The notes under the pieces: generated by a model
Seen by the model: the letters and a program-made list of their open reading frames with translations, nothing else
Databases searched by the model: none
Told to the model about the DNA's origin: nothing
Assembly: GCA_040289575.1 (NCBI GenBank)
Contig: PSLL01000002.1
Span: forward strand, 116,195 to 146,829
Direction of reading: 5' to 3'
From: Candidatus Dadabacteria bacterium
GTDB lineage: Bacteria; Desulfobacterota_D; UBA1144; Nemesobacterales; CSP1-2
DNA length: 30,635 bases
Shown: one piece after another, positions 1 through 8,735 of the stretch
Numbering within the stretch: the first letter of the stretch is position 1
Layout of the letters: each line of letters begins with the position of its first letter
Translations under genes and position numbers: made by a program

Positions 1-709
1 GAATTATCCCCGCCGCACTTGAGATGATGGACGCACTCTCAATCCGTGCAGTTGAAGAGGCATTTCATGCGGGTTATCCAATGGATGCCGAGGCTGTACT
101 TCTCATTGAACTTGAAGGGCTTCAAGAGACGCTCCGAAGGTCTTTTCCTTTGATAAGAGACCTGTGCACAAAGAACCGTGCGTGTGATGTGAGAATTGCA
201 GAGACAGAGGGAGAAAGACAGCTCCTTTGGAAGGGAAGGAAGAGCGTTGCAGGCGCGGTCGGAAAGATCAGGCCAAACCAGTACACGTCCCCCGTCCAAG
301 GCTTCCTGAAGTGCTGAGAAAAGTTATAGAAATCGGAAAGGAGCGGTCGCTTCTCATAGCCAACATAGCACACGCAGGGGACGGGAATCTTCATCCGCTG
401 ATTCTTTTCGATCCAAGAAAACCGGGGGAAATAGAAAGGGTTATTGAAGCCGGAGGAGAGATATTAAAACTCTGTGTAGATGCGGGAGGAACAATTACAG
501 GTGAGCACGGGATTGGAATTGAGAAGAACAAATATATGAGTTGGCTCTTTAGTACAGATGACATCAAGGCTATGAAAAAAATAAAAGACACTTTTGACCC
601 AAAAGGTCTATTTAATCCGGGTAAGATTTTTCCAACCCCTGAGGGTTGTATGGAATTACGAGTCCGCCCTGTTGGGGCTGTATCAGGCGAAAATGGGATT
701 TGGATTTGA
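1..709 (+). pseudogene. glcD: Glycolate oxidase GlcD-like FAD-linked oxidase, C-terminal part; frameshifted near 285-287 and 5'-truncated by the window edge
   Basis: Frame 3 reads IIPAALEMMD...LLWKGRKSVAGAVGKIRPNQYT. Frame 2 continues VPRPRLPEVL...IAHAGDGNLHP...GGTITGEHGIGIEK...FDPKGLFNPGKIFP, all FAD-oxidase_C/GlcD motifs. The usual (Q/E)DxxVP linker is missing at the frame switch. Confidence 0.8.
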
Positions 710-713
710 TTTG

Positions 714-1343
714 TCAAACCATCATAGGCTTAACCTTAGCTTTCGGCTTCACTTCGTTCTCATATAACTTCGGGTCTTTTTGCCATGCCATAAATCTATC
801 AAAAATAAGTTTGAGCCTCTCCTTTACCCAAGTCGAATTAAAATCCCAATCGTAGTTCTTGCGCCCTTTAAAGAACATCTTAAAGAATATTTCTCTTTCC
901 TCTGCCCTTCCCTTTTCTCCAATCCAGCCCGTACGGACATATCCGTATCCGCTTCCAAACCCCGCGCTAAATGTTCCCACAAGGCCGAGCCTTTCTACAG
1001 CCTTTATAGTAAGCTCTATAAAGACATAAAGAGCCTCAACGGTTTTGTATCCATAATCGGAGAATTTCATATCCATCAGGGTAAGATTCCTTACAAGGTA
1101 CATGGGATAAAACGTAGGGGCGTAACCCGAGACGGATTTTGTGGGGCTTATAATTGGCTCCTTAATTATCACGTCTTCTTCTATAATGCCAACCATAAAA
1201 TCCTCTTCACGAAACTCTCCGATATCCCCGCAAAGCTCAAGCGATAGCCCGATATTTGCCCACTCCCTTCTTGCAATCTTCAGTGCCTTCTCCAGCACCT
1301 CTTTTCTAGATTCATACCCATCCTGTTTTAATTCCATATCCAT
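714..1343 (-). CDS. Hypothetical protein (209 aa)
   Basis: Long ORF with protein-like composition filling the gap between glcD and purC; no family recognised. Confidence 0.75.
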   Translation of the reverse strand: MDMELKQDGYESRKEVLEKALKIARREWANIGLSLELCGDIGEFREEDFMVGIIEEDVIIKEPIISPTKSVSGYAPTFYPMYLVRNLTLMDMKFSDYGYKTVEALYVFIELTIKAVERLGLVGTFSAGFGSGYGYVRTGWIGEKGRAEEREIFFKMFFKGRKNYDWDFNSTWVKERLKLIFDRFMAWQKDPKLYENEVKPKAKVKPMMV

Positions 1344-1423
1344 CTCAGTATGTTATTCCCTGAGGGTTAATATACATATCCAACCAGGGACTATCAAAGC
1401 GCTCACACGCAAGCAGAGGAAGC

Positions 1424-2359
1424 TCAGTCTCGTGTGAGCCTCATAAGAGCCTCAACATATTTCTCAGTTGTTTTCTCTATAACATCCGGCGGAAGAGAAG
1501 GGGCAGGGGGTTTCTGATTCCATCCAATTGATGTCAAATAGTCCCTTACAAATTGTTTATCAAAGCTCCTCTGTGGTCTTCCCGGCTCATACTCATCCTT
1601 TGGCCAGAATCGTGAGGAATCGGGTGTAAGGAGTTCATCTATGAGTATCAACTCTCCGCTGTCCCTATCAATCCCAAACTCAAATTTTGTATCGGCGATA
1701 ATTATTCCCTTTTTCTCGGCTATATCTCTTGCTCGGCTGTAGAGCGCGATGCTGATCTCTTTTACACGCTCAGCCAAATCCTTACCCAGGATTTCAACCG
1801 TTTTTTCAAATGAGATGTTTTCATCATGCTGTCCCTCTTCGGCTTTAGTTGAGGGTGTAAAAATAGGCTCTTCGAGCTTAGAGGACTCTACAAGGCCGGG
1901 AGGTAGGGGAATTGCACAGACCGAATAGCTTTTCTGATACTCTTTCCATCCGGACCCGGAAAGGTATCCACGCACTATACACTCTACTGGAAGCGGTCGC
2001 GCCTTCTTGACCATCATGCTCCTTCCTTCAAGAACATCACGATACTTCCAAAGAGCCCCTGGATAGTCATCAACGTCCGTAGAGATAAGATGATTCGGAA
2101 CAATATCATGGGTCTTTCTAAACCAGTACTTTGAAACCTGATTGAGCACCCTTCCCTTCTGTGGAATTCCGTTCGGCAAGACGACATCAAATGCAGAGAT
2201 ACGGTCTGTAGCTACGATTAAAAGCCTGTCTCCCAGGTCATAAATATCTCTCACCTTTCCCCTCTTTGGCGCGGGGAGTTCTGGAAACTCGGTTTTAGTA
2301 ACAACAGAATCTCCATTAAATTCAGCTTTTGAACCCTCGATTGACTTTTCTCTCTTCAT
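1424..2359 (-). CDS. purC: Phosphoribosylaminoimidazole-succinocarboxamide (SAICAR) synthase
   Basis: [65 protein letters not shown] motifs; AAGGAG ribosome-binding site upstream. Confidence 0.97.
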   Translation of the reverse strand: MKREKSIEGSKAEFNGDSVVTKTEFPELPAPKRGKVRDIYDLGDRLLIVATDRISAFDVVLPNGIPQKGRVLNQVSKYWFRKTHDIVPNHLISTDVDDYPGALWKYRDVLEGRSMMVKKARPLPVECIVRGYLSGSGWKEYQKSYSVCAIPLPPGLVESSKLEEPIFTPSTKAEEGQHDENISFEKTVEILGKDLAERVKEISIALYSRARDIAEKKGIIIADTKFEFGIDRDSGELILIDELLTPDSSRFWPKDEYEPGRPQRSFDKQFVRDYLTSIGWNQKPPAPSLPPDVIEKTTEKYVEALMRLTRD

Positions 2360-2529
2360 TTTAGTTCTCCTTGAAATCTGATATTTGCTAAATAAAAAGG
2401 GAAGAATAAAAACGAAACAAGAAGAGAGCCAGGAGCATTGAGCAGCGGTTGCGCAGATAAAGAGAAATTACAGTTCATTTAAATACAACCCCATATAACC
2501 TCCCTAATTCAGGTTTAAAATTTTAAGAA

Positions 2530-2557
2530 ATTCTATCGTGTACAATTTTTCTGTCAA
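2530..2557 (-). promoter_or_regulatory. Sigma70-type promoter for the purC leader
   Basis: Minus strand TTGACA (2557-2552), 16-nt spacer, TAGAAT (2535-2530). Confidence 0.55.
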
Positions 2558-2662
2558 GTTTTTTGGTAAAATACTCCCGAATTGATTCAAGGCATTATTG
2601 ACAAGTTATAGATTTAATGTAAAAGTATTTACACAACAAATCGTCTGATATTAGGAGGTAAT

Positions 2663-2863
2663 ATGACTGTAACAAGGATTTGTTGGGACTGTCAGGGGGC
2701 ACCGGTCCGCAAGTGGCATGTCATATCAGAATCAAGGGGTCGAGAAGGTCATATGGTCAGAATAGAATGTCCGGGGTGCCGAAAAGAATCGAGGGTCTAC
2801 GGGTGGATGATTGGTTGTGGGTGCGATTCATGTAAATCCCAGGTCATAGGCGCAGGAAAGTAA
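2663..2863 (+). CDS. Small cysteine-rich, probably metal-binding protein (66 aa)
   Basis: Strong RBS TTAGGAGGT just upstream of the ATG; CWDC, CPGC and CGCDSC motifs; hairpin downstream. Confidence 0.75.
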   Translation: MTVTRICWDCQGAPVRKWHVISESRGREGHMVRIECPGCRKESRVYGWMIGCGCDSCKSQVIGAGK

Positions 2864-2879
2864 AATCATAATTCCATAT

Positions 2880-2910
2880 AGCCGCAACCCCATAACTATC
2901 TTGCGGCTTT
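2880..2910 (+). terminator. Hairpin / possible intrinsic terminator after the Cys-rich ORF
   Basis: AGCCGCAA (2880-2887) pairs with TTGCGGCT (2901-2908); the U tail is short. Confidence 0.4.
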
Positions 2911-2940
2911 GGGAGCTTATACCTGCCCGTACGCTCCTAC
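2911..2940 (-). repeat. Degenerate REP-like palindrome (GTAG-foot type)
   Basis: Minus strand reads GTAGGAGC...GCTCCC, a GTAG tetranucleotide followed by an imperfect palindrome. Confidence 0.3.
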
Positions 2941-3074
2941 TTTAACCCATATCTGAATCTCATTTTTGAGGTAAGTAAGGGGCTTGGGGTCTATGCTTTT
3001 TCCATTCGGGATAAGATTGTCCAGGCTCAGATACTCGTATTTCATTATGAACTAATTCCGTCGGTATTAACGCT

Positions 3075-3099
3075 TTAGAAGCGGGTTTGAAATCCGCTT
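3075..3099 (+). repeat. Degenerate REP-like hairpin
   Basis: TTAG followed by AAGCGGGTTT-G-AAATCCGCTT; resembles GTAG-GGGCGGGTTT...AAACCCGCCC-type REPs. Confidence 0.35.
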
Positions 3100-3122
3100 G
3101 AAAGCCCCTCTTTCTTCCAAGC

Positions 3123-3151
3123 TTGACTTCAATATGATAAAACATTAATTT
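3123..3151 (+). promoter_or_regulatory. Putative sigma70 promoter for the zinc-ribbon gene
   Basis: TTGACT-N17-TAATTT. Confidence 0.45.
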
Positions 3152-3214
3152 TTTAAAGGATCATTGATTGGAAACAAGCCTTCAAGGCTGAGTTCAAGGG
3201 GAATAAATAAAATC

Positions 3215-4804
3215 ATGATAGTCCAATGCGAAAGCTGTAAGACGAGATTCAGGATCGATGATTCTAGGATCAAACCCTGGAGTAAGGTCAGGTGCTCGAA
3301 ATGCGGAAATGTATTCTCTATATCTATAGAAGAAGGACAATCCGACACTGGGTTTAGTACCCAATCTAGGAAAGGGGGTGGAATTAGTGCTGTTGCGGAT
3401 GAAGGAAAAGATTCCACCCGGGAAGGTACCCCTATGGGAAAAGAGGGAGAGCAATCCGATCCCGAGCTTGGCACTCAATCTGAAAAGACTAACACCGTTG
3501 TGGGTGAAGAGAAGAGCTTTAATTGGGAAAGTATAGACATGAGAAAAGAGGAGAGGGAATCCTCTTTTGACTCAGGGGATCTTTCTCAATCCGTAGAAAA
3601 ATCGGCTGAAGAACAAAAAACAATATCTCAAGAAAAAGAGATAGGTGAGATACCGGTAGAGACCTCTTTCCCACAGAGTAAGCCGGGGGTTGATACGGAG
3701 GGAGAAAAGGATTCTATAGACGGATTTGACTGGAGAGAATTCGGCATCAAAAAGGAAGAAGGGCTCACTGCAGAATCTCCTATTAAATTAGACGCTCATG
3801 AGCCCTTTCAATCCTTGGACGAAACTCAGGACTCAGGACAGGCCACTCAACAAGACAGCTCAATCACACTCACTACAGACCTAGGGCAGGCTCAACTGAA
3901 ATCAGAGGAAACTCTGGAGGCTGAGAAAAAAGAGGGTCGTTCGGAGTTTAGCTGGGAAAATCTGAGAATTAATGAGGGATCCCCAGAGTCCCCCGCCCTT
4001 CCTAAGCTATTCCATGAATCAGTTAAAGAGAATAAGGTATATAATTCGCCAAAAACAGTTGAGACCAGCCAAGGGGTTGAAAAACCCCTAATAAGGCAAT
4101 CATCACCAGATAGGTTGACAGTGGATATAGAAAAGCTCTCTATTATTAAGAAAGACACATCAAAAGCGTCTTCCCATCTTCCAACAAAGTTAAGACCAAA
4201 GGCACAGACTTCTAAGGGAAGTGTACTAAAAAAGGTCGGGATGATTCTTCTTGTAGTCTTTATTCTAATCATAATACTGGGCTCCGGATTCGTAATTATG
4301 GTAAATCTAAATTTAATCCCTAAAGACAAATTTGGTGAAACTATAGCCTCCGTCTCATCCAAACTTACATTGAAGCTTAATCAGGCATCAAAAGATGATA
4401 TAGTAATATCCGACCATTCAGATAGGTGGCTAAGCACAAGAAATGGGCTCATTTACGTAGTTTCCGGACATGTTATAAATAGGTCCAAGTACCCTGTGAA
4501 CTATATAAGAATAAAGAGTAAATTTAGAAGCAACGGAGAGAGGCTCTTTGAGCAGGTTGTTTATGCAGGAAATACATTTACAGACAATGAGCTTAGAAAT
4601 CTTCCATTCGAAGAAATATTTATGAAGCTCAATAGAAGAAACGGCGATATAGATTTTGATAACCCCCGGAAGCTAGCCGGGCTTAATTACGATATTCAAC
4701 CGGGTGAGTCCATACCATTTTTCATAGTTTTCCCATCGAGAAGCAGGATACTGGGCCTAAAATATAATATTGAGGTTGAGGGCTTCGAAAGAGGTTCAGA
4801 ATGA
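3215..4804 (+). CDS. MJ0042-type zinc-ribbon / single TM helix / DUF3426-like bitopic membrane protein
   Basis: N-terminal MIVQCESCKTRFRIDD...KVRCSKCGNVF, long acidic low-complexity linker, hydrophobic helix ILLVVFILIIILGSGFVIMV, C-terminal Ig-like domain (VVSGHVIN...IQPGESIPFFIVF). Start moved to ATG 3215 because the family begins MIVxC. Confidence 0.85.
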   Translation: MIVQCESCKTRFRIDDSRIKPWSKVRCSKCGNVFSISIEEGQSDTGFSTQSRKGGGISAVADEGKDSTREGTPMGKEGEQSDPELGTQSEKTNTVVGEEKSFNWESIDMRKEERESSFDSGDLSQSVEKSAEEQKTISQEKEIGEIPVETSFPQSKPGVDTEGEKDSIDGFDWREFGIKKEEGLTAESPIKLDAHEPFQSLDETQDSGQATQQDSSITLTTDLGQAQLKSEETLEAEKKEGRSEFSWENLRINEGSPESPALPKLFHESVKENKVYNSPKTVETSQGVEKPLIRQSSPDRLTVDIEKLSIIKKDTSKASSHLPTKLRPKAQTSKGSVLKKVGMILLVVFILIIILGSGFVIMVNLNLIPKDKFGETIASVSSKLTLKLNQASKDDIVISDHSDRWLSTRNGLIYVVSGHVINRSKYPVNYIRIKSKFRSNGERLFEQVVYAGNTFTDNELRNLPFEEIFMKLNRRNGDIDFDNPRKLAGLNYDIQPGESIPFFIVFPSRSRILGLKYNIEVEGFERGSE

Positions 4805-5026
4805 GATATGTTGGCCGTTACATTATAATTTAAAACCGCACTTAGATTCTCCCTGGTAAATTTAGATATATATGCAAAATCCATCGCAGGCTCCTAGATT
4901 CTAGCCATCTTTTTGAATCCATATCTACAAATAGACATATAAGCTAAATATAGCCTAATATATAGTATATAATTCTGTAATTACGGGCTTAATTCAATAA
5001 TTCCTCGCCATTTTATACCCCGACTC

Positions 5027-5055
5027 TTGCTATTTTACCCTAAATTAAGTAAACT
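5027..5055 (+). promoter_or_regulatory. Putative sigma70 promoter upstream of hyp-guaB-guaA
   Basis: TTGCTA-N17-TAAACT in an AT-rich intergenic region. Confidence 0.45.
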
Positions 5056-5214
5056 ATCTAAATAATTATAATAAAGGGACATCAACTCCTCTTTTTTAGT
5101 AGACATAAAGAGGACAAAAATAGGTATATAACGCTTTATATATTACTGCTAAGTCACAGTTCTTAGAGGTATATATGATAGGAGTGTATTTTACCAGGGG
5201 GTGAACAAGGCAGA

Positions 5215-5586
5215 ATGAAATCCACACGGCTTAAAATAAGCGTAAGTCAGGATGGTCTGCTCCCAGAGGAAACAACGGAGGTTGCAACCCTAGTATTCCC
5301 AATCCTTCCCAAGAAGCTTCTCAAAGCCCTTGGGTTTGAAAGGGTGGATACGAGCACATATGTTGGCGTGCTTCCGGTTTTCGTAAACCTGGGTGATAAA
5401 GAGCAGGAGATTGAAATTGAACTTGGGGTAACCCTTCCTGAGATGAGAAAAAAGGTGCTAGAGATCGTTAAAGCCCCTTCGAGACTCGCCCCTCCGGCGA
5501 AGGTGCTAAAACTCCCAAAGACCCCTATACGCCACAATGGAAGGTCAGAGAGAAAGGGAATTAGGACCGGAAAATCAAGAGGGTGA
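5215..5586 (+). CDS. Hypothetical protein (123 aa), apparently first gene of the guaBA operon
   Basis: ORF ends 6 nt before guaB, and the guaB RBS (GAGGGTG) overlaps its last codons; no family recognised. Confidence 0.65.
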   Translation: MKSTRLKISVSQDGLLPEETTEVATLVFPILPKKLLKALGFERVDTSTYVGVLPVFVNLGDKEQEIEIELGVTLPEMRKKVLEIVKAPSRLAPPAKVLKLPKTPIRHNGRSERKGIRTGKSRG

Positions 5587-5592
5587 CATTTC

Positions 5593-7059
5593 ATGCTTGA
5601 GAATAAAGTCGAAGAATGCCTGACCTTTGATGATGTTCTTTTGGTTCCCCGCTATTCAGAGGTCCTTCCAAATGAAGTCAATGTCTCGACGTACTTAACC
5701 CCTCAAATTAAACTCAATGTCCCGCTCTTAAGCGCGGCAATGGATACCGTTACGGAGGCGAAAACCGCCATAGCCATGGCTCAAGAGGGTGGGATTGGAA
5801 TAATACACCGGAACCTGAGCCTGTCTGAACAGGCAGCGGAGGTGGAAAAGGTAAAAAAGCATGAAAGCGGAATGATAATAAACCCAATAACCGTGCGCTC
5901 ATATAACAAGGCTGGGGAAGCGCTCGACATTATGCTCAAACAAAACATAACTGGACTCCCTGTCACTCAAGAAGACGGGAAACTCCTTGGAATTATTACA
6001 GCCAGGGACCTGAGATTTGAGAAGAACCTTGACCTGAGGGTTGATGAGCTAATGACTCCCAAAGAGAGGCTCATCACCGTTAGAGAGGGAATAACGCTCG
6101 AAGACGCAAAAGAGCTTCTTCACAGATATAAGATTGAAAAACTCCCAGTAGTGGACGCCGAATTCAAGCTCTGCGGTCTTATAACAACAAAGGACATAGA
6201 AAAAATAGAGAAGCATCCAAATGCATGTAAAGACGAGATGGGAAGGCTCAGATGCGGAGCGGCAATCGGCGTTGGCCCGGATAGGGAGGAAAGGATCGAG
6301 GCGCTTCTTAAAGCAGGGTGTGACGTAATAGTGATTGATACCGCACACGCACACTCAAAAAGGGTAATTGATGCGACAATCTCTACAAAGTCCAATTTCC
6401 GAAAGGTGAATTTAATTGTGGGAAATATCGGGACAACTGAAGGGGCGGAGGCATTAATTAAGGCGGGCGCGGATGCAATAAAGGTAGGAGTAGGACCGGG
6501 ATCAATTTGCACAACCCGAATCATCGCAGGAATAGGTGTTCCGCAAATTACGGCAATAAGAGATGCGACGCGTGTGGCAGAAAAGTACGGCGTTTCTGTA
6601 ATTGCCGATGGCGGAATAAAGTATTCAGGCGACATAGTTAAAGCCCTCGCTGCAGGGGCACATTCGGTAATGATAGGTAATCTCTTTGCAGGGACAGATG
6701 AAGCTCCTGGCGAGATAGTTCTCTATCAAGGGAGAACTTACAAGGTCTATCGAGGAATGGGCTCGATTGAGGCGATGAAAAAGGGAAGCCGCGATAGGTA
6801 CGCGCAGGATGAGATGATAGAGTCTAAACTCGTTCCCGAAGGGATTGAAGGAAGGGTTCCTTATAGAGGCCCGATTGCTGGAATGGTTTATCAACTCGTA
6901 GGCGGGCTAAAAGCTGGCATGGGATACACCGGATGCCGCACGGTTGAGGAGCTAAGAAAGAACGCAAAATTTATAAAGATTACATCATCGGGACTCCGTG
7001 AAAGCCATGTCCATGACGTAATAATCACAAAAGAGGCCCCAAACTACAGGATCGAATAA
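5593..7059 (+). CDS. guaB: IMP dehydrogenase with CBS pair
   Basis: [30 protein letters not shown] (catalytic Cys), [20 protein letters not shown]. Confidence 0.99.
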   Translation: MLENKVEECLTFDDVLLVPRYSEVLPNEVNVSTYLTPQIKLNVPLLSAAMDTVTEAKTAIAMAQEGGIGIIHRNLSLSEQAAEVEKVKKHESGMIINPITVRSYNKAGEALDIMLKQNITGLPVTQEDGKLLGIITARDLRFEKNLDLRVDELMTPKERLITVREGITLEDAKELLHRYKIEKLPVVDAEFKLCGLITTKDIEKIEKHPNACKDEMGRLRCGAAIGVGPDREERIEALLKAGCDVIVIDTAHAHSKRVIDATISTKSNFRKVNLIVGNIGTTEGAEALIKAGADAIKVGVGPGSICTTRIIAGIGVPQITAIRDATRVAEKYGVSVIADGGIKYSGDIVKALAAGAHSVMIGNLFAGTDEAPGEIVLYQGRTYKVYRGMGSIEAMKKGSRDRYAQDEMIESKLVPEGIEGRVPYRGPIAGMVYQLVGGLKAGMGYTGCRTVEELRKNAKFIKITSSGLRESHVHDVIITKEAPNYRIE

Positions 7060-7100
7060 ACTTTAATTCTTATATACAAAAACCCAATTTCAAGTCAAGA

Positions 7101-7160
7101 ACAGGGGATTAAGCAAGAGGCAGCCCGCAAGCTGATTTGATTATTCCCTGCTTATCCCTT
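7101..7160. repeat. Imperfect intergenic palindrome between guaB and guaA
   Basis: GGGATTAAGCA pairs imperfectly with TGCTTATCCC around an inner CAGC-ccgcaa-GCTG hairpin. Confidence 0.4.
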
Positions 7161-7197
7161 AAATTATTCATCTACTCAAGCGTTTTAAAGGTTCAAA

Positions 7198-8727
7198 TTG
7201 CGTGAAACTGTTTTAGTCCTTGATTTTGGGTCTCAGTACACACAGCTCATCGCAAGGAGGGTGCGCGAACTCGGCGTCTATTCCGAAATTAAGCCGTTCA
7301 GCGAACCCCTGGAGCGAATAGAAGAGATGCGGCCAAAGGCGATTATCCTCTCAGGCGGCCCCGCAAGCGTGTGGGATGAGGGTTCGCCGTCCCTCAGTCC
7401 AAACATATTTAGCCTAAAAATTCCGATTCTAGGCATCTGTTATGGAATGCAACTTACGGCTTACCTACTAGGCGGAAGGGTTGAACGCTCAACAAAGCGT
7501 GAATTCGGGCCCGCAGAGATTGAGGTTACCGACGGATCGGATATTTTTTTGAATATCCCGCAAAAAACCAGGGTATGGATGTCTCATGGAGACAAGGTGC
7601 TCGAACTCCCAAAGGGATTTGTCTCAATTGCAAAGAGTGAGAACTCTCCTGTTGCGTCAATGAAAGATACACAGAGCAGGATCTTCGGCACGCAGTTTCA
7701 TCCTGAGGTTGTACACACCGAGTTTGGTAGAGAAATGATCTCGAATTTCCTTTTCAGGGTTGCAAAATGCCGGAGACTATGGACGCCAAAATCGTTTGTA
7801 GAGACCGCAATAAAAGACATCCGTGAAAAGGTCGGAGACTCTCATGTAATCTGCGCCCTCTCAGGCGGTGTGGATTCAGCCGTTGCCGCCCTAATCGTCC
7901 AGCGCGCTATATGGGATAGGCTCCATTGTGTATTCGTAGACACCGGACTTTTGAGACTGGGTGAAGCTAAAGAGGTCATAGAAACCTTTAAGGATTTGGA
8001 GCTTAATTTAATTCACATAGATGCAGGAAAGAGATTCCTCGATAAACTCAGTGGAGTAGAAGACCCAGAAAAGAAGAGGAAAATAATCGGAGAGGAATTT
8101 ATCAGGGTATTCGAAGATGAATCTAAGGCCATAAAAGCGGAGTTTCTCGTTCAGGGAACCCTTTATCCAGATGTTATAGAGAGCGTGAGCTTAAAGGGGC
8201 CATCGGCAAAGATTAAATCACATCACAACGTGGGCGGCCTTCCCGAGAGGATGAATCTGAAATTGATTGAGCCTCTAAGAGAGCTATTCAAGGATGAGGT
8301 AAGGGCCGTAGGACGCGAACTCGGACTCTCTTCGGAAACACTTGAGCGTCATCCATTTCCTGGCCCGGGGCTTGCGATAAGAATTATTGGTGAGGTAACA
8401 GAGGAAAAGCTGGAAAGATTGAGACTTGCCGATTCTATTTTCATAGATGAGATAAAAAGGGCCGGAATATATAGAGACATCTGGCAGGCATTTTGCGTAA
8501 TCCTCCCAGTAAAAACCGTGGGCGTTATGGGAGATGAAAGGTCCTATGAAAATGTCTTAGCACTCAGAGCCGTAACAAGCCTCGATGGAATGACCGCCAA
8601 CTGGGCACATATTCCTTATGAAGTCCTTGAGAGAGTTTCAGCAAGAATTATAAATGAAGTGAAAGGAATTAACCGCGTTGTCTACGACATCTCAACCAAA
8701 CCACCCAGTACAATTGAATGGGAATAG
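7198..8727 (+). CDS. guaA: GMP synthase (glutamine-hydrolysing)
   Basis: [69 protein letters not shown] start. Confidence 0.99.
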   Translation: MRETVLVLDFGSQYTQLIARRVRELGVYSEIKPFSEPLERIEEMRPKAIILSGGPASVWDEGSPSLSPNIFSLKIPILGICYGMQLTAYLLGGRVERSTKREFGPAEIEVTDGSDIFLNIPQKTRVWMSHGDKVLELPKGFVSIAKSENSPVASMKDTQSRIFGTQFHPEVVHTEFGREMISNFLFRVAKCRRLWTPKSFVETAIKDIREKVGDSHVICALSGGVDSAVAALIVQRAIWDRLHCVFVDTGLLRLGEAKEVIETFKDLELNLIHIDAGKRFLDKLSGVEDPEKKRKIIGEEFIRVFEDESKAIKAEFLVQGTLYPDVIESVSLKGPSAKIKSHHNVGGLPERMNLKLIEPLRELFKDEVRAVGRELGLSSETLERHPFPGPGLAIRIIGEVTEEKLERLRLADSIFIDEIKRAGIYRDIWQAFCVILPVKTVGVMGDERSYENVLALRAVTSLDGMTANWAHIPYEVLERVSARIINEVKGINRVVYDISTKPPSTIEWE

Positions 8728-8735
8728 TTCCTTTA

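Noticed and set aside
270..300. Programmed ribosomal frameshift in glcD
   Set aside because: No slippery heptamer, and conserved residues are absent from both frames, which fits a deletion.
2915..2926. Exact 12-mer GCTTATACCTGC repeated at 20761-20772 as a possible att or target-site duplication
   Set aside because: Many 12-mer matches are expected by chance in 30 kb, and the interval contains core genes (guaBA, tRNA), not an island.
4805..5214. AT-rich spacer as oriC or purine riboswitch
   Set aside because: No DnaA-box cluster (TTATCCACA) and no purine-riboswitch core motifs were seen.
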